This document shows positions 1-9,457 of a stretch of 32,000 bases of DNA, piece by piece; within the stretch, counting starts at the first letter, position 1, and each line of letters begins with the position of its first letter. The notes below the pieces were generated by a model, which was not told where the DNA came from, ran no database searches, and saw only the letters and a list, made by a program, of their open reading frames with translations. Source of the stretch: Promethearchaeota archaeon (GTDB lineage: Archaea; Asgardarchaeota; Thorarchaeia; Thorarchaeales; Thorarchaeaceae); contig JALVPN010000040.1 in NCBI GenBank assembly GCA_027031765.1, forward strand, positions 113,265 through 145,264, written 5' to 3'. The position numbers and the translations under genes are program-made.

Positions 1-502
1 CCTCGGACATCTTCCGGGCCGCATCCTCTTCCAAGCAGATTGTCTGAATTCCAATCCGTGTAGTATTCACAACCATATGGCCATCCATGGCAATCACGGC
101 GGTTCTCTGGAACCCGGATGTGTTGCTGCCATCAATGACTATCTTTCGCATGGGATGAATTTCATCAACGGGTTTTGCATCAAGAAAAGTTGCCATTGTC
201 AGACAGATGTCGATGGCATCCTCACACATCTCATGCGGGGGCTCCTCATCAGCCTCGACCAGACATGTGGTGTCACTGTAATACTCGTAACAGAATAGCT
301 TCTTCTTCTTGAACTCAAAGAGTGCCGCAGGATCCACCTCACCCATTTCACTCTGAGTCGGACGCAACCGGCGTACAAAGGTGCCATCGGGTGCATCATC
401 ACGGATGACCGGAGGACAGTGACAGAACAGTTTTCGCCGAGTATCCAGTTGTTGGTGGAGTTCCAGACCCACTTTGAGACCGATGTCCTTGTAGTCTGGC
501 AC
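1..502 (-). CDS. gatE: Glu-tRNA(Gln) amidotransferase subunit E, N-terminal part (runs off the left edge; not in the ORF track)
   Basis: Hand translation from GTG at 502: MPDYKDIGLKVGLELHQQLDTRRKLFCHCP...RRLRPTQSEMGEVDPAA...TCLVEADEEPPH...MRKIVIDGSNTSGFQRT...ICLEEDAARK. These are GatE/GatB signatures. GGAGGTG RBS at ~512-518; lies immediately after the gatD stop. Confidence 0.95.
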   Translation of the reverse strand, partial: MPDYKDIGLKVGLELHQQLDTRRKLFCHCPPVIRDDAPDGTFVRRLRPTQSEMGEVDPAALFEFKKKKLFCYEYYSDTTCLVEADEEPPHEMCEDAIDICLTMATFLDAKPVDEIHPMRKIVIDGSNTSGFQRTAVIAMDGHMVVNTTRIGIQTICLEEDAARKMSE

Positions 503-503
503 C

Positions 504-1853
504 TCAGTCTGCACCTCCGGGGGACGTATAGAATGTGTACTCACTACGGTCAGACATCTCGCCAACAAGTGGTCTGCGCATGAGTGCACAGACCTTATCA
601 GGCTGCTTCACATTTGCAAGCAGCCACATCAGTTTGGTAAGGGCTGTTTCTGGGAGCATGTCGCCACAAGGTATGACGCCCATCTCTTGCAGTTCAACAC
701 CAGGACGATATACATTCATGTTGACACGACCGTGAATGCATTGGCTTGTCATGGCGACAATGACGCCAGAGTCTATTGCCTCCTTGAGTGACGCATGCAA
801 GTGAACGGGGGCATGACCGAGTCCGGTCCCCTCCAATACGATACCGCGCACTCCGTTCTGAAGCAGTGTGTCAATCATCATCTGGGGGATTCCAGGATAC
901 ATCCTTAGGAGGACAACCCTATCCTCAAAACGGGGCCGGACTCGCACTTTCCGTGTCGTGTCCCGACGCCTGAGAGGACTGGCGATTTCGAAGATTTCGG
1001 TTCCACGTACGCGGTACAAGGGATGTGCATTTACAGATTGGAACGCGTCTCTGCGGCTCGTATGTAACTTTCGGACCCGGGTGCCCCGATGAGCTATTGC
1101 TGTACGGTCATCTGTCGTGCCATGCATCACAACCATGACCTCCGCAGCATCCGCATGCCCTGCGACAAGAACAGATGCGACTAAGTTCATGGCTGCGTCA
1201 GATGATGGCCGATCAGATGACCGTTGGGAGCCGACGAGTACAACTGGTACAGGCAAGCCCTCAAGTGCGAAAGAAAGGGCAGCGGCTGTGAACCCAAGTG
1301 TGTCTGTACCATGCGCAACAACAATACCATCAACGCCTTTGCGCACTTCAGTCGCAACAGCACGTGCAATGCGACCCCAGTCTGATGGGTGGATGTTTTC
1401 TGAAAGACGACTCATCAGGACTCTGGCGTTGATACTTGCGAAGGTTTCAAGCTCTGGGACTGCCAAGTAGAGGTCTTCAGCTGTCAGGGCAGGGCTGACT
1501 GCCCCCGTAAAATAGTCCACTCTACTGGCAATCGTACCGCCAGTGCTAAGGATTGAAACCGTTGGCAGTGATGGGGCTGGATGAGCTGCTGCGCGTCCGG
1601 GACGGGGAGCACGCCTGACGCGTTTCACTCGTTTGATAGACTTGACTCGACTGAGGTTCACACCAATGTTGTAACCGTTCGCCAGCTTGATTACTATGTG
1701 ACTGGGATTGCTGCCCACCTGGCTGCGGGGCATCAGAACCCCTTCGTACTCTGTGTCATGACAGGTCAGACGGACTATGTCACCGACCTTGACACCAGTA
1801 GAAGTCAGTCTTGCCAGTACCAGTCCCCGATAGCCAGACTCCTTCAAGCTCAT
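504..1853 (-). CDS. gatD: Glu-tRNA(Gln) amidotransferase subunit D (asparaginase-like)
   Basis: Motifs STGGTIASRVDY, HGTDT, GSQRSSDRPSSD, KLHTSRRDAF, GTGLGH. Start placed at ATG 1853 (MSLKESGYRG), giving typical GatD length; the ORF track extends to 2066. Confidence 0.95.
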   Translation of the reverse strand: MSLKESGYRGLVLARLTSTGVKVGDIVRLTCHDTEYEGVLMPRSQVGSNPSHIVIKLANGYNIGVNLSRVKSIKRVKRVRRAPRPGRAAAHPAPSLPTVSILSTGGTIASRVDYFTGAVSPALTAEDLYLAVPELETFASINARVLMSRLSENIHPSDWGRIARAVATEVRKGVDGIVVAHGTDTLGFTAAALSFALEGLPVPVVLVGSQRSSDRPSSDAAMNLVASVLVAGHADAAEVMVVMHGTTDDRTAIAHRGTRVRKLHTSRRDAFQSVNAHPLYRVRGTEIFEIASPLRRRDTTRKVRVRPRFEDRVVLLRMYPGIPQMMIDTLLQNGVRGIVLEGTGLGHAPVHLHASLKEAIDSGVIVAMTSQCIHGRVNMNVYRPGVELQEMGVIPCGDMLPETALTKLMWLLANVKQPDKVCALMRRPLVGEMSDRSEYTFYTSPGGAD

Positions 1854-2075
1854 GAGCGCACACCTATTGAAACATGAAACGTAGTGCCTGTGGGCATCAT
1901 CAGTGAAATGATGGAGATTGCTCCTTGCAGGGTACTGCCGCTGTGTAGGCTTTGAGACGCATGCAGTGGGCATGGCACCAATGGCAAACATACCTGCTGT
2001 GGTCAGTACGGCGGTTGAGGTGATTGTTGAGCTGGTGATAAAGGCTTCGACTCGTTGACATGACAATGCCTCTCT

Positions 2076-2639
2076 TCAGATGACGCCAAGTAACGACAGC
2101 AAACCAATTGCAATGAACAGGAGTCCTGTGAGGTAGTGGACTGTGCCGGATTCTACAACAGTTGTAAGCCGATTCCCGAACAGTGCACCGACTAGATTGA
2201 CCACCAAGAAGCCAAGAGTGGCACCTGCAAAGACGGCGAGGGGAAACTGCTCAGTCGCAGATAGAGCAAATATGGCAAGCTGGCTCTTATCGCCGAGTTC
2301 GGAGAGCAGAACAGTTACAAACATCCCCGGAAGAGTATGGGATGGGGCACATGACTCGTCGGCGTGAGTCTCTACGTGCAGGACAATGTACGCTCCGAGG
2401 ACTACAAATGCGACTCCAGCAATCCAAGAAAGGACATCAAGCGGTAATAGAAGACCGAAGAAATATCCCACAGCGATTGTGAGCGCGGTAGCTAGGCAGA
2501 GCGCTAACATAGACACTATCAGGACTGCGAATGGGCGATGTGTCTGGGCACTGAAACAGACTGTTCCCAGCATCGTCTTGTCACCGATTTCGGTGAGAGC
2601 AACCGCCGCAAATGCATATAGAAAACTAGCGCCGCACAT
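2076..2639 (-). CDS. TMEM165/GDT1 (UPF0016) family Ca2+/Mn2+ transporter
   Basis: Two E-x-G-D-K-[TS] motifs (EIGDKT, ELGDKSQ), each followed by hydrophobic helices. Confidence 0.9.
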   Translation of the reverse strand: MCGASFLYAFAAVALTEIGDKTMLGTVCFSAQTHRPFAVLIVSMLALCLATALTIAVGYFFGLLLPLDVLSWIAGVAFVVLGAYIVLHVETHADESCAPSHTLPGMFVTVLLSELGDKSQLAIFALSATEQFPLAVFAGATLGFLVVNLVGALFGNRLTTVVESGTVHYLTGLLFIAIGLLSLLGVI

Positions 2640-2682
2640 ATTCGCTCCTCGTGTTGGCCCAAATCGTGTGCTATTGAGCTAG

Positions 2683-2800
2683 TGGTGCGGGAGGCGGGAT
2701 TTTCACACCATGCGCCAACCGGATGGTGGTTTGAACCCGCGAACCCCTTCGGGAGCAGATCTTAAGTCTGCCGCTTTTGGCCAAGCTTAGCAACTCCCGC
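2683..2800 (-). tRNA. tRNA-Leu(UAA) with encoded CCA and a 30-nt intron at position 59/60 (2700-2729)
   Basis: Acceptor GCGGGAG/CTCCCGC-A-CCA; anticodon arm GCAGA-CTTAAGA-TCTGC; long variable arm; T-arm GCGGG-TTCAAA[intron]T-CCCGC. The intron forms a bulge-helix-bulge. Confidence 0.95.
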
Positions 2801-2808
2801 TTCGTAGC

Positions 2809-2891
2809 GGCCTGACCCCGTTCAGTTACCCGAAGGGCCTCTCCGCAGAGCTGCTGGAGGACACAGTGTACTTCAACTCTTTGGTCAGGCC
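2809..2891 (-). ncRNA. Candidate structured small RNA or long leader 8 nt upstream of tRNA-Leu
   Basis: 9-bp terminal inverted repeat GGCCTGACC/GGTCAGGCC enclosing 65 nt with internal hairpins, a CUGA (box D-like) and a UUGAAG (box C-like) element. Family not recognised; strand inferred from the tRNA. Confidence 0.3.
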
Positions 2892-2943
2892 AAGACGGTT
2901 GAGTCGGAAGCTTTTAGTTCAAACAATGGGGAGTCTTAGCCGT

Positions 2944-3021
2944 GGGGCGATGGTCTAGCCCGGCTATGATGTCTCGTTTACACCGAGAAGGTCGCTGGTT
3001 CAAATCCGGCTCGCCCCACCA
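2944..3021 (+). tRNA. tRNA-Val(UAC), intronless, CCA encoded
   Basis: GGGGCGA/TCGCCCC-A-CCA acceptor; TCTCG-TTTACAC-CGAGA anticodon arm; GCTGG-TTCAAAT-CCGGC T-arm. Confidence 0.95.
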
Positions 3022-3087
3022 TATTGCCACGTTTGTGTTGCAACAACTCGTTGCCCCTGTCGACGGGCGAGAAGCACATTGCCACTA

Positions 3088-3762
3088 TCAAGGGGCGGAC
3101 ACGCGAACGACAACATGGAACTCTTGGGTATTGGTGTCCAGCACAACTGCACGGAAACTGCAGAAGCGGGAACTAGCAGTCCCCATCCGGAAATGATTGA
3201 CTGTCTGAGGTGTGGGCCGCGCTTTGATTGCGGCGATTACGTGCCCATCTGGACGGACAAGGTGCGCGTAGCGTTCAATCAGCTTGATTGTGCCACTAGG
3301 GGTGGTCGTCACGTCAACGAGTAGCAAGTCCACACTAACTCGAAGGGCCTCTGTGGGCAGTCTGAAAGCATCCGCAAGTACAACCGACACAGAGGAGTGT
3401 GCTGCTGAAACGAGGGAGAGTTCTCTAAGAAACCTCGGGGAAACCTCAATTCCAATGACGCGTACACCGGCCTCACCCAAGAACTTGAGGAAGCCTCCGG
3501 CTGAGCTGCCGATGTCAATGGCGTACGCCTGCCGTGATGGAACAATTCCGACTAGATTCAGAAGACATCTGAGCTTTTCGTAGCCCCGCGGGCGGTCGGC
3601 ATGCGGAGAGAGGACAACAATATGTTCATTGCCGGATACCTGTGTCGAGGGTTTGGCCACACGGCCATTGACAATCACAAGGCCGCTCCGGATTGCCCGC
3701 TTTGCGGACTGTCTCGATGAGAACAAGCGCTGCGCAACAAGCCAGACGTCAAGCCGTGTCAC
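3088..3762 (-). CDS. S4-domain + FtsJ-like (TlyA-type) RNA 2'-O-methyltransferase
   Basis: S4 motif RLDVWLV...SRQSAKRAIRSGLVIVNG; SAM motif DIGSSAGGF; K-D-K-E-like residues (GYEKL, LVDV, AIKA, QEF). Start set at GTG 3762, overlapping the upstream stop. Confidence 0.85.
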   Translation of the reverse strand: MTRLDVWLVAQRLFSSRQSAKRAIRSGLVIVNGRVAKPSTQVSGNEHIVVLSPHADRPRGYEKLRCLLNLVGIVPSRQAYAIDIGSSAGGFLKFLGEAGVRVIGIEVSPRFLRELSLVSAAHSSVSVVLADAFRLPTEALRVSVDLLLVDVTTTPSGTIKLIERYAHLVRPDGHVIAAIKARPTPQTVNHFRMGTASSRFCSFRAVVLDTNTQEFHVVVRVSAP

Positions 3763-4531
3763 CGCTTTCAACCCCAAGTAGTGTTCTGGCCTCATGAGGA
3801 ATGAACAGGTGTATTGGGATTCTGCGGAGATATGGCCCAATTGCAGCAACAATGCCGCTTGCACGAGAACTCTGCTTACAGCGGAGAGAGAACTCAAAGA
3901 GCCCAAGTGCTTCAATCTTGTCAACATCACGGGTGTGACCTGTCCGTTCCAAGGCGGCACGAATCATATCAGCTGTGACACCGAATACGAGCAAGCGCTC
4001 GTGGGGCTCTGAGAGCCAGCCGAATATTCGATTGAGGAAGACATCTGACAACCGTGCCTCAATGCGATGCTGGGGGACATTGATGTTAGTAAGCACAACA
4101 CTTGCTGGCAGGTTGTCAACGAGTACATAGGCCCTTGCGATTGACCTCACCGATGCGTCGTTCATGTGGAACTGCGCTCGTAGTGTGTGAAGCGGGACAA
4201 GAGCATCGCACCTTACAGTCATTACGCCGAGATTCACATAGAGTCCGTAGCCCACACGTCCAACGTCGGTGAGAAAACCTTGGTACTGGCCGCCGAGCTT
4301 CAGAACCGACAAGGAGGGTGCTGCCCCCAACTCGCGTGCAATGAAGTTTCTGGCAAACTCGCTATCGGAACCGGAGAGAGCGACTGACACATGGTCATGA
4401 GATGTTGTTTTCACAGACAAGACGCGTGCATCAAGCTGGCTCAACAGATGGTCAATGTGTCGCCGTATATGGAACAATAGGGCTTTCTTTCGAGGGCCGT
4501 ATGCACGGACGAGCAGCGTGAGCTGTTCCAA
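3749..4531 (-). CDS. DUF2110-like conserved archaeal protein
   Basis: Motif GFLTDVGRVGYGLYV; position directly downstream of tfe, as I recall for DUF2110; GGTGA RBS upstream of the TTG start. Confidence 0.7.
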   Translation of the reverse strand: MEQLTLLVRAYGPRKKALLFHIRRHIDHLLSQLDARVLSVKTTSHDHVSVALSGSDSEFARNFIARELGAAPSLSVLKLGGQYQGFLTDVGRVGYGLYVNLGVMTVRCDALVPLHTLRAQFHMNDASVRSIARAYVLVDNLPASVVLTNINVPQHRIEARLSDVFLNRIFGWLSEPHERLLVFGVTADMIRAALERTGHTRDVDKIEALGLFEFSLRCKQSSRASGIVAAIGPYLRRIPIHLFIPHEARTLLGVESGDTA

Positions 4532-4616
4532 GTGAACTCACCATATCCGAGCCGAGTGAGCAGCGAGGCTAGATGGAGGAATAGGACGGACAGGCAAAGG
4601 GGCAACCAACTGGTAA

Positions 4617-5144
4617 CTAGATACTTGAGGTAGCCTCCAAATCTGCACGTAGTTCTTCAACCTGCTTCCTAAGAAACCGGATTGCCTGGCTATTGTCGAC
4701 ATACTCAAGCCGCCCGTTGCAGACGGGACACCTAAATGAGAGAGTCATGGCCCGTTCAAATGGAACTGGTGAAGAATCACGGTTCACACAGACATACAGG
4801 TCGTTGTTGGTCTCGTGCTCAAGACGCTGTTCGAGGCGGCTAAGAACCATCCGCTTCTTGCGGTTCACAAGTGCCTGCGCTCTTCTTGGATCTATATGCC
4901 AATAATAGAGAAACCAGCCTGTACTGGTGTCTCGCACGCGTCGGTAGGATGCTAGGTGGTTGTCATGGAGCTTGTACAGGATTCTGCGCACCGTGTTCAG
5001 CTTCAAATCAGTCTTCGTAGCAATCTCCTCGTCCGTGGTTTCATCGGTATTCACAAGAACGGTTGCTACATCTACACCCTCCTTGCCTGCGATTTCTTCT
5101 ACGACAAGGCGGAACAGGTCATCATTAAAGCTCGACTGTGTCAT
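4617..5144 (-). CDS. tfe: Transcription factor E alpha subunit
   Basis: Winged helix (TDEEIA...LNTVRRILYKL...TGWFLYYW) plus Zn ribbon (YVC...FRCPVCNG). Confidence 0.95.
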   Translation of the reverse strand: MTQSSFNDDLFRLVVEEIAGKEGVDVATVLVNTDETTDEEIATKTDLKLNTVRRILYKLHDNHLASYRRVRDTSTGWFLYYWHIDPRRAQALVNRKKRMVLSRLEQRLEHETNNDLYVCVNRDSSPVPFERAMTLSFRCPVCNGRLEYVDNSQAIRFLRKQVEELRADLEATSSI

Positions 5145-5347
5145 CTAGATGTTCACCCAGGCGATTAGCTCATGCTCTTGGAAGCTCGGGACACGCGAGA
5201 AGGCATATAGTTGCAATCCAAAGTATAGTTATCCCAGAGGCTATTTAAGGACTCTGACCTGTCCGTACAGAGCGTCCTCTGACTGGTCGGAGCCGGAGCA
5301 GGAATACCGATATCCAGAGGGTAGTTAGCTCCCGGACAGTGGAACTC

Positions 5348-5932
5348 CTAGTTGCTGGACTGACGTTTCTTCTGAGGTTTCCGCCGCTTCACGATGACAC
5401 GGTCACCAAGAGTCACCGCAGAAGTCCTCGTACCGTGGCTCGCCCGGATTGGAACAGGGTCAATGGGCTCAAGGAGAGAAATCCCAAGCTCCCGTTCAAG
5501 GCCTCTGATTGTCTTGCCCGTTGGTTTGAGCCGCCCAGACTCGATTGCCTGCAGCGTCGAAATCCGCTCGCCGATGCGTTGTGCGAGCTCCTCCTGACTC
5601 ATACCGGCCTTTTGCCGAGCCCTGCGGATTATGTCAGCATAGTCTTCGACGAGAATCATGTCGTCTAGGGTTGTCTGGTGCTTCCGAGAAACCGGCCTTC
5701 GAGGGACTCTTCGCGCAACATGTACTGGACGCGTGCTGTGGTGTGTAGCCGTACGTGGGCTCTCAGTCCAGGATGGAGAGTGCGGCACTTGTGCCGGTGG
5801 AGCTGTAGAGTGTGTACTTACGCGACCGAAGCGTGCAGCACATGTGGGACAAAGGAGCATCAAGGCACCCTCAATGCGTACCTGTCGGCCCTTGCCACGC
5901 ATGCTGCGTCCGCAGAGCTCACAACTTGACAT
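5348..5932 (-). CDS. mbf1: Archaeal multiprotein bridging factor 1 (Zn ribbon + Cro-like HTH)
   Basis: CELCG...CPTC; LVEDYADIIRRARQKAGMSQEELA...IESGRLKP. Confidence 0.92.
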   Translation of the reverse strand: MSSCELCGRSMRGKGRQVRIEGALMLLCPTCAARFGRVSTHSTAPPAQVPHSPSWTESPRTATHHSTRPVHVARRVPRRPVSRKHQTTLDDMILVEDYADIIRRARQKAGMSQEELAQRIGERISTLQAIESGRLKPTGKTIRGLERELGISLLEPIDPVPIRASHGTRTSAVTLGDRVIVKRRKPQKKRQSSN

Positions 5933-6071
5933 AGGTGTGCCTCCATTGACTACACCGACAGGTCACACATAAAGATTGTCAAACCGATGTGTAATACGAC
6001 TCATACTGTGGCTATCTCAAAGCAATCCTTAAAACCGTACTAACTGATTGTCCGAAGCGGGTGTTTCATGA

Positions 6072-7274
6072 ATGCCGGGATCTGCTGATGCCAGAAAAGA
6101 GAGTAGCGTTGGTGAGGCATCATATTCCCAGAGCTACACAAGGCATCTTGAACGCAGACTCAGAGCACTTGAAACCGAGAAGCAAATCCTTCATGCGGAA
6201 CGGACACGTCTTGAACGAGAGACGCAGTCTTTGCGTACTGAACTGGAGAAGCTCAGGCAGGCACCGCTGATTACCGCGACAATAATTGAGATGCTTGATG
6301 ATGGCCGGGCCATTGTCAAGAGCTCGACGGGCCCAAACTTTGTTGTCCATGTTGCCTCATCAATTCCAAGGGACAGACTCCAGCCGGGAATGCGAGTCGC
6401 ACTCAATCAGAGGTCGTTTGCAGTAACACAGGAGCTCCCACCACCCAAAGACCCTATGATTCGGGCGATGGAAATCGAGGACGCGCCTGATGTTTCATAC
6501 GCGGATATTGGGGGCCTCAAAGAACAACTGCGCGAAATCCGGGAAACGGTAGAGCTGCCGCTTGTCAGACCGGAACTGTTCGAGGAGGTTGGGATTGAGC
6601 CACCGCGGGGCGTTCTGCTGACTGGACCACCAGGTACTGGTAAGACATTGTGCGCTAGAGCAGTGGCACACGAAACGAACGCGACGTTCATACGGGTGAT
6701 AGGATCCGAGCTTGTCCAGAAGTTCATTGGAGAGGGGGCAAGACTCGTTAGAGAGATATTCATGCTTGCGAAGGAGAAGGCCCCCACAATAGTCTTCGTG
6801 GACGAACTAGATGCTGTTGGGGCGCATCGACTGGATATAGCTACCTCTGGAGACCGCGAAGTACAGAGGACATTGATGCAACTCCTTAGCGAACTCGATG
6901 GATTTGAGGCCAGGGGACAGGTTGCTGTTATGGGGGCGACGAACCGACCGGACATACTGGATTCGGCACTGCTCAGGCCTGGTAGGTTTGACCGGATAAT
7001 CAATTTTCCCCTCCCAGATGAAGTGGAACGCCTTGAAATCTTCAAGATCCACACAAGGGGAATGAATATCGACGAGGACATAGACTTTTCAAGACTGGTA
7101 CAGCTCACATTAGGTAGGACTGGCGCAGATATCAAGGCCATATGCACGGAGGCTGGAATGGTTGCCATCCGCAGTAATCGTACACGAGTGACGCAGGAGG
7201 ACTTTCACAGAGCCATTGAGAAGCTACAGGACAGGGGCACTGGGACCTCAATCCCGACCGGGCTGTATTGTTAG
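6072..7274 (+). CDS. pan: Proteasome-activating nucleotidase
   Basis: N-terminal coiled coil + OB domain, Walker A GPPGTGKT, Walker B FVDELD, SRH ALLRPGRFDR, C-terminal HbYX (LYC). Confidence 0.97.
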   Translation: MPGSADARKESSVGEASYSQSYTRHLERRLRALETEKQILHAERTRLERETQSLRTELEKLRQAPLITATIIEMLDDGRAIVKSSTGPNFVVHVASSIPRDRLQPGMRVALNQRSFAVTQELPPPKDPMIRAMEIEDAPDVSYADIGGLKEQLREIRETVELPLVRPELFEEVGIEPPRGVLLTGPPGTGKTLCARAVAHETNATFIRVIGSELVQKFIGEGARLVREIFMLAKEKAPTIVFVDELDAVGAHRLDIATSGDREVQRTLMQLLSELDGFEARGQVAVMGATNRPDILDSALLRPGRFDRIINFPLPDEVERLEIFKIHTRGMNIDEDIDFSRLVQLTLGRTGADIKAICTEAGMVAIRSNRTRVTQEDFHRAIEKLQDRGTGTSIPTGLYC

Positions 7275-7318
7275 GTGTTCCATCGGCTGCTCAGTTTCAA
7301 CGGTTGCTGGGAAACATA

Positions 7319-8143
7319 ATGCGTCTTCGTGAATACCTCCAACGCAAATTGACCCCGCAGGTGCCACCAGAGGTAAGGTTACCTACAGGGTATCATGTTG
7401 TCGGTCACGTTGCGCTACTGAGCCTCCACGACGAAGCAATCGAGTACGCGATGCACATCGGAGAAGCCATACTTGGCTTCGACCCTCGAGTGAGAACCGT
7501 GGCAATCCGCAGTGGCCCAACTCGGGGAATGTACAGGGAACCATCCTACGTTGTAGTGGCAGGTACACCGCAATGCGAAACTGTTCACATTGAGAACGGA
7601 ATCAGATATGCGGTCAATCCACTCAGACTGACATTCTGTGGGGGCAACAAGCATGAACGGATTAGACTGGCGAAGCAAGTCAGGGGAGCTGAATGCATAG
7701 TAGACATGTTTGCTTGTGTGGGGCAGTTCTCGCTGCAGGTAGCAGCGCACCCAAGGACAAGGGTTATTGCAATCGAAATCAACCCGGAAGCTTGCCGCTA
7801 CTTGAGAAGGAACATCCGGCTCAATGGGTTCCACAATGTTTCAGCAGTCATGGGCGACTGTCGAAACGCACATCCGATAGACTGGGCGAACCGCATCATA
7901 ATGGGATATCTGCACGGAACCATCAGGTACCTGCCAGCGGCTCTTGAAACTTTGAGGCGTGAGGGAGGTACAGTCCACATGCATTCGACACTCCCACATA
8001 GGCACATGGATCAGACGGTGGGTGCAATGACACGGCTGTGCGAAGAGCATGGCTATAGGTCGGATATTGAAGTAAGACAGGTCAAGAAGTATGCCCCGGG
8101 AGTGGATCACTTTGTCTTTGACATCGTTGCATCTGCTGCGTGA
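7319..8143 (+). CDS. Trm5/TYW2 (Taw2-like) SAM-dependent tRNA-modifying transferase
   Basis: HIENGIRY, DMFACVGQFSL, IEINPEA, RIIMGY. Start moved to ATG 7319. Confidence 0.85.
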   Translation: MRLREYLQRKLTPQVPPEVRLPTGYHVVGHVALLSLHDEAIEYAMHIGEAILGFDPRVRTVAIRSGPTRGMYREPSYVVVAGTPQCETVHIENGIRYAVNPLRLTFCGGNKHERIRLAKQVRGAECIVDMFACVGQFSLQVAAHPRTRVIAIEINPEACRYLRRNIRLNGFHNVSAVMGDCRNAHPIDWANRIIMGYLHGTIRYLPAALETLRREGGTVHMHSTLPHRHMDQTVGAMTRLCEEHGYRSDIEVRQVKKYAPGVDHFVFDIVASAA

Positions 8144-8387
8144 CAAGTTTGCGCTCTTCGTTACGAAACCTTCAGGGAACATCGAGGAGGGTGTATCATA
8201 TACTCGTGATGTCAGTCCACCTGTGCGGCGAAAGAGGAGCAAGGAGTACGTGTTTCGGGGAACCGTCTAGTCGGACGCGTTCCGGCTCAGTCACAGTTAC
8301 TCTGTCAGGACGGTCTGCATGGGCCAAGCACAAGCGTTTTATCGTTCATAATACTGATGGAAAACGACAAGGAGCGAGAGATCTGAG

Positions 8388-8762
8388 ATGGGCTTCAGGG
8401 GAATGTCACCACGTCAGATTGCCCGGCTAATGAAGAAGATGGGAATCGAGCAGAAAGAGGTCGAGGGTGTCAAGTCGGTCAGAATCCTGTTTGCAGACAA
8501 GGAGTGGGTAATTGAGAGCCCGCAGGTCCTCCTGATAAAGCAGGCAGGTAGCGAGTCGTTCCAAATCTCGGGCAAGAGGACGGAGAGAGCACCCGACGAA
8601 CAGAGAGAGGCTGAAGTGGAAAGGCCAAAAGTAGAGATACCGATGGAGGACGTCATGCTTGTCGCAAGCCAAGCAGGTGTGGATCCGGAGGCGGCCAGAC
8701 AGGCCTTGCTTGAAACTGATGGTGACCTAGCAGCAGCAATCCTGAAACTGAAGCACTCGTGA
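8388..8762 (+). CDS. nac: Nascent polypeptide-associated complex protein (NAC + UBA)
   Basis: SPRQIARLMKKMGI; C-terminal EDVMLVASQAGV...ALLETDGDLAAAILKL. Confidence 0.95.
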   Translation: MGFRGMSPRQIARLMKKMGIEQKEVEGVKSVRILFADKEWVIESPQVLLIKQAGSESFQISGKRTERAPDEQREAEVERPKVEIPMEDVMLVASQAGVDPEAARQALLETDGDLAAAILKLKHS

Positions 8763-8765
8763 AGT

Positions 8766-9395
8766 CTAGTAGCCTTCAAGACGCTCACGAATCATTCTGA
8801 TTCGAAAGAAGTCCTCCCGCTCCCGCTCTTCAAGTGCTAGTTTCACAAAGTGAACTGTTGCTTCGAGGCGAGGGAGGACCGTGTTTTCCAGTGCGGAAAC
8901 ACGTCGTTTCGTGCGTTCAATTTCAAGCGCAAGACGTTTGACCGTTGACTCCACCTCTGCAAGGCGGATGATGGCAGTGAGGGCTTTCTTGAACGTCGCG
9001 GCCATTTCGTCGAACTGAGCAGTGGAGTCAATCATCGAGTAGGGGACTTCAGGAGTATGCTGTTCGAGGGAAATCACAGGTACGCGGACGCCCATCAGTG
9101 ACCTGGGAGATATCATTAGTTCGGCATCAGTTCCACTTGCCTCTGCAAACTCAAACACTCTCGCAGGCCCCATTACCATCTTTGCTTGTGTCAGTGCAGT
9201 AAAGGCTTCACTGAGCAGGGACTCGACAGCAGCACGGACACTACGAATCTCGGCAATGGCATTGAAGAACTCCATCGTAAGCGAGTCGCACTTCTCCTTT
9301 AGCAGGTCATGTCCTCTCTCAGCCAGCCGCATTCGACTCTTGAAACGCAGCAATTCCATCCGTGTTGCCTTTGTCCCCGGGATAATCTTGCTCAT
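8766..9395 (-). CDS. atpD: A/V-type ATP synthase subunit D
   Basis: TRMELLRFK...GHDLLKEK; EIERTKRRVSALE; LEEREREDFFR. Confidence 0.93.
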   Translation of the reverse strand: MSKIIPGTKATRMELLRFKSRMRLAERGHDLLKEKCDSLTMEFFNAIAEIRSVRAAVESLLSEAFTALTQAKMVMGPARVFEFAEASGTDAELMISPRSLMGVRVPVISLEQHTPEVPYSMIDSTAQFDEMAATFKKALTAIIRLAEVESTVKRLALEIERTKRRVSALENTVLPRLEATVHFVKLALEEREREDFFRIRMIRERLEGY

Positions 9396-9457
9396 ATGGG
9401 GCCACTCCTGAGGTCAGTGGTTCTGCAAGCCAGGTATGAAATCATCTGCCGCCAAGC

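Noticed and set aside
280-320. Possible frameshift in gatE at the AAG run
   Set aside because: Careful re-reading gives an in-frame FEFKKKKLFCYEY. The gene is missing from the ORF track only because it runs off the window edge.
1854-2066. 71-codon N-terminal extension of GatD in the ORF track
   Set aside because: No GatD-like features; starting at ATG 1853 gives normal length. No convincing small ORF in the other frames.
5992-6003. TAATACGACTCA, matching the first 12 nt of the T7 promoter
   Set aside because: Diverges afterwards, no phage or vector context, and it is explained as two units of the 9-bp NNATAC motif.
6407-7168. Long antisense and overlapping ORFs (e.g. 6407-7168, 12423-12977, 9947-10462, 8414-8788)
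   Set aside because: Shadows of well-supported genes on the opposite strand, with no protein-like motifs.
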